Position numbers and translations under genes: made by a program. Shown piece by piece: positions 41,449 to 59,952 of a DNA stretch of 64,000 bases. How positions within the stretch are numbered: the first letter of the stretch is position 1; every line of letters begins with the position of its first letter. Source of the stretch: the human T2T-CHM13v2.0 reference genome, Homo sapiens; assembly GCF_009914755.1 (NCBI RefSeq), contig NC_060928.1, one strand, 5' to 3'. Below the pieces are notes generated by a model. The model did not search any database. It was given only the letters and a program-made list of their open reading frames with translations, and had not been told where the DNA came from.

Positions 41449-43093
41449 ATGTGAGCCACTCTCTCTGTTGCAATGTGAGCAAGACAGCCTTCCTGTTATC
41501 ACACTATCAATCTTTTTCCACCAGGTAGCAAGGTTTGGCGACTTAATGAGGTAATAAAAAGCAAGACACTGACACAGGTAGGGGATGTGAGATGTGAGGC
41601 ATTGTTTCCTTGTGAAGGAAAAAGACCACTTGTAACCCACTGAGATAACCTGTCCTTCATTTTCCTGGGTCTGAGAGGATCATTCTCCTTTCACTCTTTC
41701 TTTGCTTTTAATGTGAAAGACCTTGCTAATAATAAATGAGAGCCCGCCTCCCTTTGATATGTCCAAGCTGAGGAAGACTTCCTGATGACTGTCATGTAAA
41801 ACAGCAGAAGACACCCACAGACACACAGAGAGAAACAGACACACACGAGTAATACAACCCCAGGGATCACCACCCAGGATTAATAAAATAGCATGAGCTA
41901 TAGTTGCTCACATTACACAGGCTTCCTTCTCGGCAATGTGGCATGGTGCTGAAATGTTGTTTAAAAATTTGTGCTGCCACCTTCATACCATGGCCATATT
42001 TTGAAGCCCATGACCTCATCGCTATCTGAGTTGCCAGGGCTGGATTCCAGGAGAAAGGGGAAGGGAGGTGGACAGGAGAGAGAGGAAGCAAAGATTAACA
42101 AGTTGAAATAACAAAAACTTTTAATTCCACTTCTTAGAATTCAATTATGTCATTTGCAGAGAGGGTCCATGTCTTCCTGCTGTTCTTTCTTTCTTTCTTT
42201 TCTTTTTTTCTCTCTCGCAACATCTGCTGAGACATAAGTCTAGAAAATCTGTAACCACCTGAAACCATTCACTGGGGCACAAATCTATTAGGCCTAGGGT
42301 TTCATATGAGTGCAGTGAAGTGAAGTTATATTTGAGCTCTCCATCATAGAATTTCTATTCCACATGGCTGTTCTTTCTACCCTCACACTTTCCCCTCAAG
42401 AGGTAAAAAGTCTCTCCATTTTCATACCCACTGTTCGTTTTCTCCTTGGCTTTGTGCCCCATGGGGGGTGCCATTAACATGTGTCTAATGTGGCCATGCC
42501 CCCTTGAACCTGTGCAGTGTCCTAGCCCTATGGCCCTTCCATACATAGTTAAAAGAAGAATGGATCAATTGACAGAAAAAAAATGGAAGAGAGAAAGAAA
42601 AATTGCTTCTCCACCTCAAAATCTTAAATCAAACATAGCCTTGTACACGAGACACAGATACATTTATATATATTTATATTTAGATACTGACTTCTAGACT
42701 AAGGACAGATACTGAAATAAAAACAGCACTTTAATATTGTCCTTAAGTAGATACTCATTGTTAACTGAAGAAATAGGTAAGTAGCTATTTAACCCTTCAT
42801 GTCCATAGCACATAGATTATTTAATATTCTACAGCAGAACTTTTAGAAAGTCAAGGCAACTTTTATTTGTCCAGAGTTTAAGTTTAAATTCACAGGTCAC
42901 TCAAATCCAGTATACCGGGAAGCCAAAATATCAAAAATGCAAGGATTTATTGAAAAGCCATGACGCTTTTTAAAATTTAGTTCTTATTCTTTATCAAAGT
43001 TACATATACCTAGTTTAAAGAGTCAAATAGTTCTAGAATACGTTTTATGAAAAACCATCAATTTTAGATTTCCCAAAAGCAAAACATATTCTT

Positions 43094-43231
43094 TTTACCT
43101 TTGTCTAGTTTTCTTCTTATTTCTAAAATATACATCTGTGTTTACCTTTGTCTAGTTTTCTTCTTATTTCTAAAATATACATCTGTGTTTACCTTTGTCT
43201 AGTTTTCTTATTTCTAAAATATACATCTGTG
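43094..43231. repeat. 47-bp tandem repeat x3
   Basis: 'tttacctttgtctagttttcttcttatttctaaaatatacatctgtg' occurs twice exactly; the third copy lacks 3 bp. Confidence 0.97.
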
Positions 43232-43534
43232 TGATTTCTTGATTTTTCTCAGTTGTAAAAATTATTCATTGTTATGTCACAACGGAAGATGAAGATAAAT
43301 AGTTCTGTTACCCTTCTCCAGTCCCTACTTCAAGCTCATATGATTACCTAGTGCCCCCCATCCTCCCAATATAATTATATTTTGATTGAATCACTATTCA
43401 GTGCTTAGATTATTAAGCTTAGCCAGGTAGTATGTTAGGAATACTTTTTCCTTTCCTGCATAAATTATTTTCTCCTGATAATTGACAACTGTCTTTCTTT
43501 TTAAGATTTTAGTTTTCTAAGTATTTGTCATTAG

Positions 43535-43888
<354 letters not shown>

Positions 43889-44434
43889 AATGTCATTGGT
43901 TTTGTAGCCATCTTTCCTGGAGTCTTCTACCCTCCTCTAATTTAAGTTGGTGACTCTCTGCCAGGTGCACAGCTATCTTCCTGGAGTCTCTTCTTAATCA
44001 TCCTGGGGATTTCTCTTTTCTCTCTCAAGTTGGATTCCCTATTTCTTTGGTTTTTCTTCCTCTTTTTTGTGGTTCCCTTCCTCCATTTGCTTCCTAAGAA
44101 CAAGTGATGAGAGCTGAATTTTTTAAGACTGGGTATATTTGATACCATCTTTATTCTACCCTCCCACCTAATTGATAATTTATCTGGGTATAGCATTCTA
44201 GGCTATATTCTAGGCTATTGATTTGAGTATATTTTCCTCTATTGTATAGGCCCTTTATATCCAGCAATGCTTGCCTTCAATTATAAGAAATTTTCTTGAA
44301 TTATTTGATGACTTATTCGTTTTGTTTTCTGTTTTCTCATTCTGGAATTTCTGTTATTTAGCTGTTGAACCATTTGTATGCATCCTCTCTAATTTTCTTA
44401 GCTTTTTCCTTTTATTTTTATCTTTTTGTCTTGC

Positions 44435-44799
44435 TGTATTAGTCCACTGCTGTATTAGTCACACTGCTATAAAGAAATACCCAAGACTGGGTAATTTATG
44501 AAGGAAAGAGATTTAAAGGACTCACAGTTCCTTATGGCTGGGGAGGCCTCAGGAAACTTACAATCATGATGGAAGGCAAAGGGGAAGCAAGCACTTACTT
44601 CACAGGGTGGCAGGAGAGAGAAGTGCTGTGAAGGAGGAACTGCCAAACACATAAAACCATCAGATCTCATGAGAACTCACTATCATGAGAACAGCATGGG
44701 GGAAACCACCCCCATGATCCAATCACCTCCCTCCCTTGACACGTGGGGATTACAATTTGAGATGAGATTTGGGTGGGAACACAGAGCCAAACCATATCA
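44435..44799 (-). mobile_element. MaLR solo LTR (THE1D/MSTA-like)
   Basis: 'tgtattagtc...ctgctataaagaaatacccaagactgggtaattt...gagatttgggtgggaacacagagccaaaccatatca'. Short duplication at the left end. Confidence 0.9.
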
Positions 44800-45579
44800 C
44801 TGCTATTCAAACTTGTTAGGTTTCAGGAGACTCTAGAAAATTTTCTCAACATTGTCTTCCAAATTCTCTACTCAGCTATTCATTTCTGCTAAGAGAGTTT
44901 TAATTGCCAAAAGTCCTTCTCATTCTCTTTTGTATCATCCTGTTTCTGTTTCATGGTTTGATATCATTCTGGAGACATTAGTAATAACATTTTTTGACAT
45001 TTTCCCCTCCCAGTATAGTCTCTATGTTTGCATTCTGCCTTTTTAGTATCTTTTATAGTAGAGGCTTTCCTTTAGATTAGAACTGATGTCCTTGGCTCTC
45101 TGCTTACTCTAGGGGAGTCAGGCTGGGCTGTTTCTTGGCAAAGTCCTAATATCACTATTTTAATTGACTGGCTAATCAGAATCTTCCATTCTCCTCCTAG
45201 AAAGGTATAAATTCCAGCTGCCAGAGTTCCGGGAGCCCAGATACGACATGGCTTTAAGTGGGAATTTCAGGATCCGGTAGTTAATCGTTCATTTCACCCC
45301 TTATTTTCCACCCTCAGCTGTGCCTGGTGTCCTGTAGGGTAAATAAACGATATTTACATGGCTGTGGGAAACAGGAAATGGCATTGAGAGGGTCTACTGT
45401 GTTTTTAGACTTTCAACAACATTCCTGTTTTCGGCCCTACATTCACCTTTACTGTTCCACAAATTCCTAACTCTTCAAGGAATTCTGCAGAGCAAATTGT
45501 ATTGTTTGTTTGGCTTTCTCTAACTTAGGGTTCACTATTCCCAAGTCTGTCCATTTGTGGAAATTGTTCAAAATTACCT

Positions 45580-47100
<1,521 letters not shown>

Positions 47101-48489
47101 CAAAATTACCTTTTCTTATAACTGAGAAAGTTTTAAAATGGCAAATAAATATCTACCTTTAGAAAACAGTATGTGCAATCAGTTGCCGAGAACAACTAAA
47201 TGATTGTTTTGAAGGAGCATTAACACTAAGCTAGTCTAGGAACATTAAAATCCAGTTGGAGCATTCAGTAACTATAATTATTACATTCTACAAAGATGAT
47301 AAATGGTTTCCTATTGAACCACTGTGTGTCCATGCAGAGGAACTGAGGTGTCTGAGCTCCAGCCAGAGGCACCTGGGCAACAGAAAGGCAAAGATGTCTG
47401 CTTCCTTAGCAAGAGGAAGCTGCAGCTCACCCAGGCCACACTCACCCTGACACCGTCAGCAGTAAACAATACAAAACAACTACTTACAGATAAGCCTGAA
47501 CATGAAGGTGTGAAAGTTGGTGTCCTAACCCTGGCTTTTCTTATACTTTTTATAATACATGAAGCCAAAAGGACATGCTGATGAAGTTGTTCAAGATGGA
47601 ATCAGTGTGTTGGAGGAAAAGAAAGCACAAACTAACACTCTTAGGGACAGAAGTGGACTATTCTTTTACGAGAACACAAAGTATCCAGTGAATTTGTGTC
47701 CATAACCCAAACACCAAAGAATCTTCTAGCTGTGGAGAAAGACCCCAAAACTATTTCCTTGGCTGTCAGCACCAGAAATATTCTCATGGAAGCCTTGGGG
47801 ATTACTAAGAGAAATTATGTGACTATCAAGTTCTCAGAATTTATAAACTACAGCTGCCTTATAAAGAAAATAAAGGAATGCATTTTGGGAACAAAAATAT
47901 GACAGACTCATAATTTGTGGTACTTATCCCATTTAAAAATGTCAATATCAAAAGCGGAAACTAATAAAGATCTGGTAAGCCTCACTAATAATTGTATATA
48001 AAATAATGAATTAAAGTTAGGTAATCCCCAAAGAAGCAGGCAGGTTGTTTATTTCTCTGTTTTCTTTATAACACTTGTAAAATTTAATTTTTTATGGATA
48101 CATCTGGAAGTAGCTGCTCTAACTTAGCTGTTGAGAGCAAGGATGATCTGTATAGCCAGGGTATTGCAACATGCTGACATGGTCTCTCTCATTACATTTA
48201 TCTTTCACTCTACGTTTATTAGCAACCAAGTTTTTCTTTGTTTTATGCTTGTAACAATTTTTGTGACCATCCTAAATTACCTCATATTTCTTCAGGTACA
48301 CTTAATTTGTTGGTTTGTTGCACCTTTATTTTACGGTTGTTTTCATTACATTTCGGGACTTCTAAGGGTTATGGACATCACATTAGGCAATGTACTTGGC
48401 TCTTTGTACCAGGTAGAAAGACATGATCTCTAACTTCAAGAGGCTTACAAACAATTCTCTCCCCTCCCCTTCCCTTTCTCTCTTCTCTC

Positions 48490-48563
48490 TCTGTCTCTCA
48501 CACACACACACGCACACACACACACAAGAATGAGGAGACTGAAAATTCCCAAAACAAAAAAGA

Positions 48564-48610
<47 letters not shown>

Positions 48611-48640
48611 CATATATATATATATGTATATACACACACA
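48490..48640. repeat. (CA)n and (TA)n microsatellite cluster
   Basis: (CA)n at ~48499-48526; (TA)n with CA interruptions at ~48570-48640. Confidence 0.95.
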
Positions 48641-50949
48641 TATAGGCATACTCTCTATTTTACCACTAACTTTTTTAAAAACTGGAAGGCATGGGAGAAA
48701 AAGATCATCCTGAAATGTTAAAAACAAAAACAAAAAACAAACAAAAAAAAAACATAAAACAAAATGATCGGATAGTTTGACTTTAAAATTATTGACCTAG
48801 AAGCACATAAAGTACTTACTTAGATTTATGTCTATAAGCCTTATATATGGCATGATCGTATGCTTATATGGCATAAATCAAACCTATATTTCATAATACT
48901 CTGTTCATCATTTATCAGCCAACAACTTCACTCTTGGGAACCAAATCCACATTGCACTCATCAGCGGCACCAGAGTCAAGCCACCTTGGCCTTGGTCTTC
49001 ATGTTTATGTCTTAGCTCCTAGTGCCAGGAGTGTCATGCCACATTTCCTACAATCACATCCTTTCCTATTTTAATATGGATTTTAATGTTTTTTTAACCA
49101 CTGATATTGGCGAACCGACAAAACATTTACTTATACACTTATATGTGAACAACATCATCTCATACCTTTGCTGCATGTATTTTGTTTTAAGGAATATGAA
49201 CATGTCAAGTGTATATGTGTTAATAGAGGAATATATGAGAATGGATCACACATGTAGACTCATGAAGAATTTGTAAGGTACATTATTATAAGATACATTA
49301 TTATTTTCCAGAGGAGGAAGGGAATACAGACAAATAAATGAAACACAAATGGGAGACTAAATTTTGCAGCAGAGAGTGCAACAGCTTTCCATTTCTGAGA
49401 GGCTTTGTTCAGGAACTCGGCCATATTCATCTTCATAGATTTCATAGATTTCATAGTACAGTAACTTGCACATATTAGGTGCTTAATACTTACTTGTTGG
49501 ATTAAGTCAATCCTGATGAGTTTAGTGCCCTTCTCACTGTGGGTACTGGTGATTATCTGTGATTATCAAGACATGTCATATATCCAGTCTTTTAAGATGG
49601 GAGTCCAATTGCCAGTTCTTCCTGGGTCTATCCTGGGAAAAGCAAGCCTAGAACACTGCCTGCTGCTGGAGGTACTCAGTACTAAGTGAATGAATGAATA
49701 CCTTCAAAACTGAGGTGAAATGAGCAGTGGACATTTGCGAGCACACTGGTTTAAATTGCACAGGCTTTTTTTTTTTTTTCCTTGGCAAAGCAAGCTTTGA
49801 ATGAAATGTCTTAGCAAATATAAGTGAGATTAAATAGTAACAGAAATTATGATATGTTATTATAAAAGATGAATGCCAGAACATTTATTTGAAAAGAAAG
49901 AGTAGGTATTTGATGTTTTCATTGAAATCCAAATGGTTTTGTAGCAAGATGAGGAGACTCAACATTACTTACATTTTGTTTTACAAACAATTTTTAAGAT
50001 TATAAAAGTTCATCTCAAGAAATTAACATTTATTTCCTTTAAAAGCATAATTTATATATGATACTGTGTAGTTGCTTGGGTTAAGTAAAATTTTTTTTTT
50101 GCTGAACTTTAACTCTTACTAAACATTTTAATATATTTATGTGCCATTTAATTGCTCCATTTCCTTCAAATATTAGAAGATGCCATATTATTTACAACTA
50201 ATTTAATTAATGTGGAGATCGTTTTTTCTATAAAGCAAGCACTTAGTAATTTCATCTCTTTGCTTCAGGTTTATGTAATAATAGAGAGGAAATGGAAATT
50301 TCATCATATTTGGTTTCAAATGAAAATCAGGAACAAATGAAAACCTCTTGTCTTCAGCATGTTAAATTTTGTGATCAGGTAGAGAATTAATAAAAATTAT
50401 AGTTAAGATAAACCAGAATTTCAATGTGTTGTTACATTCCATTGTACATCTAGCACAAATATTATCAAATGCTTCGTAAAGATTTTTGTATGCTTGCAAT
50501 TGATACAAAATATTTTTGAAGAGCTAATTATTGGCAAGCATGATCTGCCTAGGGATAAAATTGGGCTATAGTTTTTACACATAGGTAGTCAGTTTTCAGC
50601 AGCACACCAGCTTACATTAAGTTTGCACTTCTAACCCAGAGAGTCTTGGCTTTGGAACACCTTTGCTTTCAAAACAATAAGAAGCATATAGTTTAAATAA
50701 AAGAACATGCCAAAAAATCTTAAAATAATGATCATAGACTTATCTTCTAGTCTCCTTGAAAAATATGATTATTTGAAGCTCAATAGAGTTAATAATATGG
50801 TTCCTTGTAGGAAAGTCACTCAGGCACTCAATAAAGATCTGCCTGTTTCACACACACATACACACACACATAAACATAATTGATTGCCCCCCAAAATATT
50901 TTCCTAAAGTATTTTATAGAAAATAACACCATGTTCTGTCAAATAATGG

Positions 50950-51110
50950 AACTCAGAATCACCCGGGGAAGCTCATTAAAAGTGCAGATACCCAGGTTCC
51001 CGCTTCTAAGAACTGGCTTCCATGGAAGGCAGGGGAATAAAAGCAGGGTTCTGTACTTTGAAAGTCCTCCCTAGGAAAGCCTGATATTCGCCAGAAGTTA
51101 TTAACCACCA
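50950..51110. mobile_element. MER5-family fragment
   Basis: 'cagaatcacccggggaagctcattaaaagtgcagatacccagg'. Confidence 0.65.
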
Positions 51111-51152
51111 TCTTATAATAGAAGGCCATTAATGGTTTATGAGCTTTTAGTA

Positions 51153-51320
51153 CAGCCCAGTCTCAAACACTAGTGTGTATAGAAATCACCTGGGGATCTC
51201 GTTAAAATGAAGATGTTGATTTAGTAAGTCTGGGTTGGGGGCTGAGATTCTGTGCTTCTCACAAGCCTCCAGGTGATTCCATTGCTGATGGTCTGTGAGC
51301 CTCACCTTGAGTAGCAAGGA
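51153..51320. mobile_element. MER5A/B
   Basis: 'aatcacctggggatctcgttaaaatgaagatgttgatttagtaagtctggg...ccttgagtagcaagg'. Confidence 0.8.
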
Positions 51321-51559
51321 TGGGTTTTTCTCCATAACCATTTTGTAAGGTTACACCTGTCAGCTCACCTACATAGTAATTGTTCTGAGTACTCTATTAG
51401 ATACTATAGTATTCGTGGGAGGTGGCATTGTGTTGTGAAAAAATAGGTCATCCAGTAAGCATTGACTGAGTGTTTACTATGTGTTAGGCTCTATGACTTT
51501 GCCTCACTGGCTTCCCTTGCCCCTCTGCATGAGGCTAACATTAATTTGTCTTTTAGGAG

Positions 51560-51913
51560 TGTATTAGTCTGTTTTCACACTGCTGATAAAGACATACCCG
51601 AGACTGGGAATAAAAAGAGGTTTAATTGGACTTACAGTTCCATATGGCTAGGAAGGCCTCAGAATCATGGTGGGAGGCAAAAGGTACTTCTTATGTGGCA
51701 GCGGCAAGAGAAAATGAGGAAGATGCAAAAGCAGAAACCCCTGACAAAACCATCAGATACAGTGAGACTTATTCACTACCATGAGAACAATATGGGGGAA
51801 CTACCCCCATGACTCACATTATTTCCCACCAGGTCCCCCCCACAACATGTGGGAATTATGGTAGTACAATTCAAGATGAGATTTGGGTGGGAACACAGAG
51901 CCAAACCATGTCA
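51560..51913 (-). mobile_element. THE1 (THE1A-like) MaLR solo LTR
   Basis: 'tgtattagtctgttttcacactgctgataaagacatacccgagactggg...ccaaaccatgtca'. Perfect 5-bp TSD 'aggag'. Confidence 0.95.
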
Positions 51914-53248
51914 AGGAGAAACTGTCTCCTTTGAGAAGCCTTGCCTGCTATGTGCTATGTGCTATGCACTTCCATTGTATACTGTGTTCACTTTGATAAT
52001 ATAAATTATCATGTTGGGTTGTAATTATCTACTCTCTTACACATGTTAGAATATGAGACTCTCTAGGGCATTATTCATTATTTCAATTCAGAGCCCATAA
52101 CACTGTTTGTCACATTAAAGACAATCAGTTAATATATAGTATAATTAACTAATTAATCAAAAGAGGTAACATAAGCAAATCTTTAAGCTACAACTCCATT
52201 TCCTTACATAAGTTCAACACAGACCCCTGGCTGAGTGAAGAGAGAGAGTAGCTGAGGGTTCTTGCCTGCCTCTGCAAGGCTCTCCTTAGCTAGCTCTGGC
52301 CCAGGATCTTTTTGGCAAGATGGTGACATTCATGCAGGCTCTCCTCAATCTGAAATAAATAGGAGAACTATTAGTCAATCGCAGCAGGGAGCATGACTGG
52401 CTTTAAAACGCATTAACAGAACACTTACATGGACACCAAGGGCACTTGGCATGACCCTGATTTCCCTTCTTGAAGTACAGGATTTGGAAATCACTGCCAC
52501 AGCCCAGTTCAGCTCACGTGGACCTGCCAAGACCAGCAGAGTGCACAGGAGGTCCAGCAGAGTGCACAGGAGGTGCAGCAGCACCTGGGGTAGTGCCTCT
52601 GCTCCAGCGCCTCACTCTACTTCGATGCATATGTTTATCTCCATAAATTGCAACCAAGCCTACACAGTGATCATTTTTAAGTTTTACTGATTGCCTTATG
52701 ACCTTACCTCTCTCATGGGGCCAGAAGAATGATGGCGAAATACAGTGATTGGCAGGAGCAGCTGTGGAGTTGCTTATTGAGTCATGGTGGGACCGTTGCC
52801 TTTGCTGGGGAAGACTCAGGTATCTCTGATGTCCAACATTCAATGGGAGCAAATCTTTTCCACAAATGCCCTGGGAATTCTCTATGTATTACAATGCTTT
52901 TGTAATAATCTCATACCCTAAAAGAGACTATGAAAAAAGAATAAATAGAAAGTAAGAGGTTTAGGAGTGCCTGTTGACCCAGGTATTAAGAAAAGTTGAT
53001 ACAGACATTTGGGTAAAATTCAATCTTCTCATATTGTCATTTATTCGGCACATATTTATTGCAGGTCTACTATGTGCAAGACACATGTCAGGTTGTGGGA
53101 GATACAAAGATCTTTGTGTTGCAATCTTAGCTCTCAAGGAATTTCAACTAGCCAGTAGTTTGGAAGCTAAATGGGAGCTATTTCCAAAGTAAGCTTGATA
53201 TAGTAGCTTGGCAAAGATTTTCTTCTCCCCTTCCTCTCCTTTCTATAG

Positions 53249-53674
<426 letters not shown>

Positions 53675-53687
53675 TAGCACATGGTTC

Positions 53688-54170
53688 CTTTTTTTCCCCC
53701 TTTTCTTTTTTTTTTTTTTTTATTTTACTTTAAGTTCTGGGATACATGTGCAGAACGTGCAGGTTTGTTACATAGGTATACATGTGTCATGGTGGTTTGC
53801 TGCACCTATCAACCTGTCATCTAGGCTTTAAGCCCTGCATGGATTAGGTATTTGTCCTAATGCTCTCCCTCCCCTTGCCCACTTGACTCCAACAGGTTCC
53901 GGTGTGTGATGTTTCCCCTCCTGTGTCCATGTGTTCTCATTGTTCAACTCCCACTTATGAGTGAGAACATGTGGTTTTGGTTTTCCATTCCTCTATTAGT
54001 TTGCTGACAATGGTGGTTTCCAGCTTCATCCACGTCCCTTCAAAGGACATTAACTCCTTCTTTTTTAGGGTTGCATAGTATTCCACGGTGTATATGTGCC
54101 ACATTTTCTTTACCAGTCTATCACTGATGGGCACTTGGGTTGGTTCCAAGTCTTTACTACTGTAAATGGC
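53688..54170 (-). mobile_element. 5'-truncated L1PA (PA7/8-like) 3' end
   Basis: 'actttaagttctgggatacatgtgcagaacgtgcagg'. TSD-like agcacatggttc/agcacattgttc. Confidence 0.9.
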
Positions 54171-54334
54171 AGCACATTGTTCTTAAAAGGCAGCATTTTC
54201 TGGTTTCTGTCAGCCTTTGTTCCCTAGGTTGGACCTTACTTCTACTTGCTTTTGCATTGCCTTCAGTGGAACTTCCTCCTGTCCAACTCAGATATTCAAG
54301 AATGCTTACACATGGAATCCCTGTCCCTTTAGAT

Positions 54335-56025
<1,691 letters not shown>

Positions 56026-57512
56026 CTATAGATCACATACTCTTAAACACCGATGATGGCCTAAATGAAATTCCAGTTAATTAAAGCCTTGAAAGTGATC
56101 ATTTAAACCAGCTCTTCCCCGAAAGGCTGTCTTTCTGATGTGATTAAATCCCCCTGGCTCCTGCACCAGACAGTTTTTTTGTCAATCAAACCTCTCAAGT
56201 ATGTGCTGTGGCTGGGAAGGCAGATATTATCTCAGTCATGTGAAGACATTATTGGCCCTGTCTTTTCCCCCAGTACCCTACTACAGTAAATGTTCAGTGC
56301 AGTCAACTTAACTTTCTTGAATTAAAACTATGACAAGTATTTATAAATTTGTACAGTTGATACTTTTTAAATGAAAACTTCAATGACAATTTGATGTGAT
56401 TCTTTCCAAAATGGAAGCACCCTAATGTATCTTATATGTATTATAGTTTGACAAAGTATAGAATTAGGAATCTGGAGGGAATGCCTTCATTCTCCAGGTG
56501 TGGAAAATGATTCCCTAATAGCTTAAATGCTTTGCTCGAAATCACATGAGTTAGTGACAGAATTAAGGCAAGATCGCCAGTTTACTAATAACTGCAAGTC
56601 CGCAGCAAAATAATAGAATTTATAAATTTTTAAAAGTCTCTACTCCTGTCATTTGGAGAAAAATTTTCATTTTACATATATCTTCTTTATCTGTAGTTTT
56701 ATTTATGAGAAAACTAGAAGAATAAATGGATTCATCTAGTTGAGACAAATGCAGACTTCATATGTCTAGAGCTATAGAAAAACAGGGCACTCAGACAGGT
56801 ATATTTGTTGGGTACATGAGATGTTTATATCTGAAACTAAACAGTTTCAGAAAAAAAAGCAATACAAGCAAGGTATCTGGGACCTTACATTATGGATTCT
56901 AATTCATTTCCTTTACTTTATTAATGCAGAAATGCCTCAGGTTCAATTATACCTTTAGATATCAGAACCTCATTTAGCTATTTGGGATGTACTCGTTCCT
57001 AAAGATATCACGTGTTCTTCTGCATCTAATCAGTCTGCTAAAAATGATATAAACATTTTAAATGTCTTGGGATCATTATTATTAATGCCCATTATTTTAC
57101 TCGAATAGAGCAGAGGCATTAAATCCTATTGAGCATATGAGAGTTTTTTACACCTTCAGTGAGTGGCCCAATCTTCTGAGCCTTTTTGTTGTTGTTAAGA
57201 TTTTCATGTGTTTTTAAATTTGGCTTTTACTCCCTAACTTTGGCATTTGTATTAACTTTGCCATTTTCCTTTATACAGGATACATGATTTTCTCCCCACT
57301 TCTAATTTTCTCAACCAAATAACGATGGTAAATAGAATCGTATAAAATTGATGAAATAGACTGAGGATAGGATCCATATACTTTCAGTAATGTCCAGAAG
57401 TTTTAGTGAACTTTATTTTTAACTGTATTTTGACCATTCAAAAGACTGTTGAGAGCTTACTTGTAAGTTCTTTAGGTAACTAATTCTTATTAGCATGTTA
57501 ATTTCTCAGTTA

Positions 57513-57761
<249 letters not shown>

Positions 57762-59498
57762 TCAACTAAAATTTAGGAAACCCAAATAGTTCTAGTTCTG
57801 CTCTCTTTTCTTAGTAATTCTTATTAAAAAGAGTATTTACATAGATGCTTTTAAATTTTACATGTGCTTTTATTAGGAGTTTTTTAAAAAGTATTTTTTC
57901 ATATTCTGCACAAATGTTTATAAAAATAATCTGCCTGTAATTCAAAGACCTCTGTGCAATCTTTCATGATTTATCCAGCAAAAAGTAGACAGGCACATGT
58001 CCTGCTAGGCTCTGCTCTATCAGTGTTTGCCTGAAAGAGCTAGGATGTTTACATTCTTAGGAAAGAAAGAAAAGCAGAGAATACCATTCCATATTTGTAC
58101 TTAGTTTTCTAGCATCATGATGGCTGCTTTATAACAGCTCATAGCAGTTATATTGCAGCATCGTTTCTGCCTGTGGAATCACTTTGGTATGAAGATTCTT
58201 AAGTATGCAGCCCCACAAATTAGGGCTCTCATTCCTGTCAAAGATAGTTATTACTCCAGGAACCTTTCCAAGGTTGCTACCATGAATACTTTTTACTTTT
58301 ATGGTGACTTGGTCTCTGAGAGTAAAGACAATTATCCAAAAGAAAACGTTTTTGTCTGGATATATCTTGGTGACAAGAGGAAGAAAGGTCATGATCTTCA
58401 AACCAAAACCCAACATGAGAACAGGTTATGAGCTTGAATTGAGGTACTGAGTGTAGAATAACCAAAAATTGTAGTGTCTGTTTGAATTTACACCTGTCAC
58501 CTGATTTGAATACACAGTTTTAACTTTATTTTCATTATTTAGACACATGATTTGTAGAACTGAATCCCAAGGACTGAGGTTGGTGTTTAGGATCTGGATA
58601 GCAAGCCCTCTGAAAATGGAATTATGAACTTATTTCCAAGATCTTAGCTACTATCATCTTGCTCTGCCTCCTCTGACCATTCCTCTGGTATTAGTTGAAG
58701 AATACAGACCTACCTAAGGCTTTGGTTTAAGATCCAGTTGGGGTAAGGGAATGCTTATTAAACCTTGTCTTACAGGTATGAGGCAGTTTTGAGAAATGCC
58801 TGAAGTGGAAAATTGAGGAAAGGCGGGAGCTTCCAAAAGAACTACTAGAACATGTAGTGTACATTTTCTGTCAAAAAAAAAAAAATCTCTAAAACTTTAA
58901 TTGTTGCCTGAGATCACAATCATCTCTCTCATCCTCTCTTAGTTATTGCCAGGTCCCTGAGACTTCATCATATGGATTGAGAATAGCCCCACATGTGATA
59001 GGCAAATGTATGCTAATTTTCTCTTTTTCATTGGTTTCAATAGATTATAATAGTGGATTTAAGGAAGAGATTGTCTTGTTTCTATCACCCACTCTGACAT
59101 TTTCCAACAGTACTTGTCAATGAATTATACATGAAAATGCAGCTCCTGAGACAAAATTTAGTTCTGACAGCAAGCTGGCATGATTGATAGGCCATATACA
59201 CAACACAAAATAATTTATGTACTAGGTCGATGAGAAATCAAATCTGAGACCTGCTTTCTAGTCAGTCTTGGAAGACCTGGAAATGAAGAGAGAACAACAC
59301 AAGAGAAAAACGAGGTTTTTTTAATTTTGCAAGGAATTATTTATTCATAAAACTAAATTAGCATAGCCGAAAGTCTTCTCAGATTTAGTCTATGAAATGT
59401 AAATAATGTCGTTAAATTTCCCCGAGAAGTCTTAACTTTCCAATTTCACTTGGTGTTGGTAAAACAAATCTTTCCTGGCATGGATCAAGAAATGGAAA

Positions 59499-59952
59499 TC
59501 CTCACATGTGAGTGAGAATGAGCAATATTTGTCTTTTTGCACATGGCTTGTTTCACTTAAGATAATGCCCTCCACCTCCATCCATGTTGTTGCAAATGAC
59601 AGGATTTCATTTTTTATGACTGAATAATATTCCACTGTGTATATGTACCGCTTTTTCTTTATCCACTCATCCACTGATGGACACTTGGGTTGATTCCATA
59701 TCTTGGCTATTGTGAATAGTGCTGCAATAAACTTGGGAGTGCAGATATCCCTTCAATATACTGATTTCCTTTATATTGGATATATAACCAGCAATGGGAT
59801 TGCTGGCTAGTTCTAGTTTTAATTTTCTGAGGAACCTCCATATGGTTCTCCATAGTGACTGGACTAATTTGCATTCCCACCAACAGGGTATGTGGGTTCC
59901 CCTTTCTCCACATCCTTGCCAGCATTCATTATTACCTCTCTTTTTGATAAAA
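59499..59952 (-). mobile_element. L1MA ORF2 3' segment (inverted part)
   Basis: Translation 'MDEWIKKKRYIYTVEYYSVIKNEILSFATTWMEVEGIILSE' matches the L1 ORF2 C-terminus. Confidence 0.88.
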
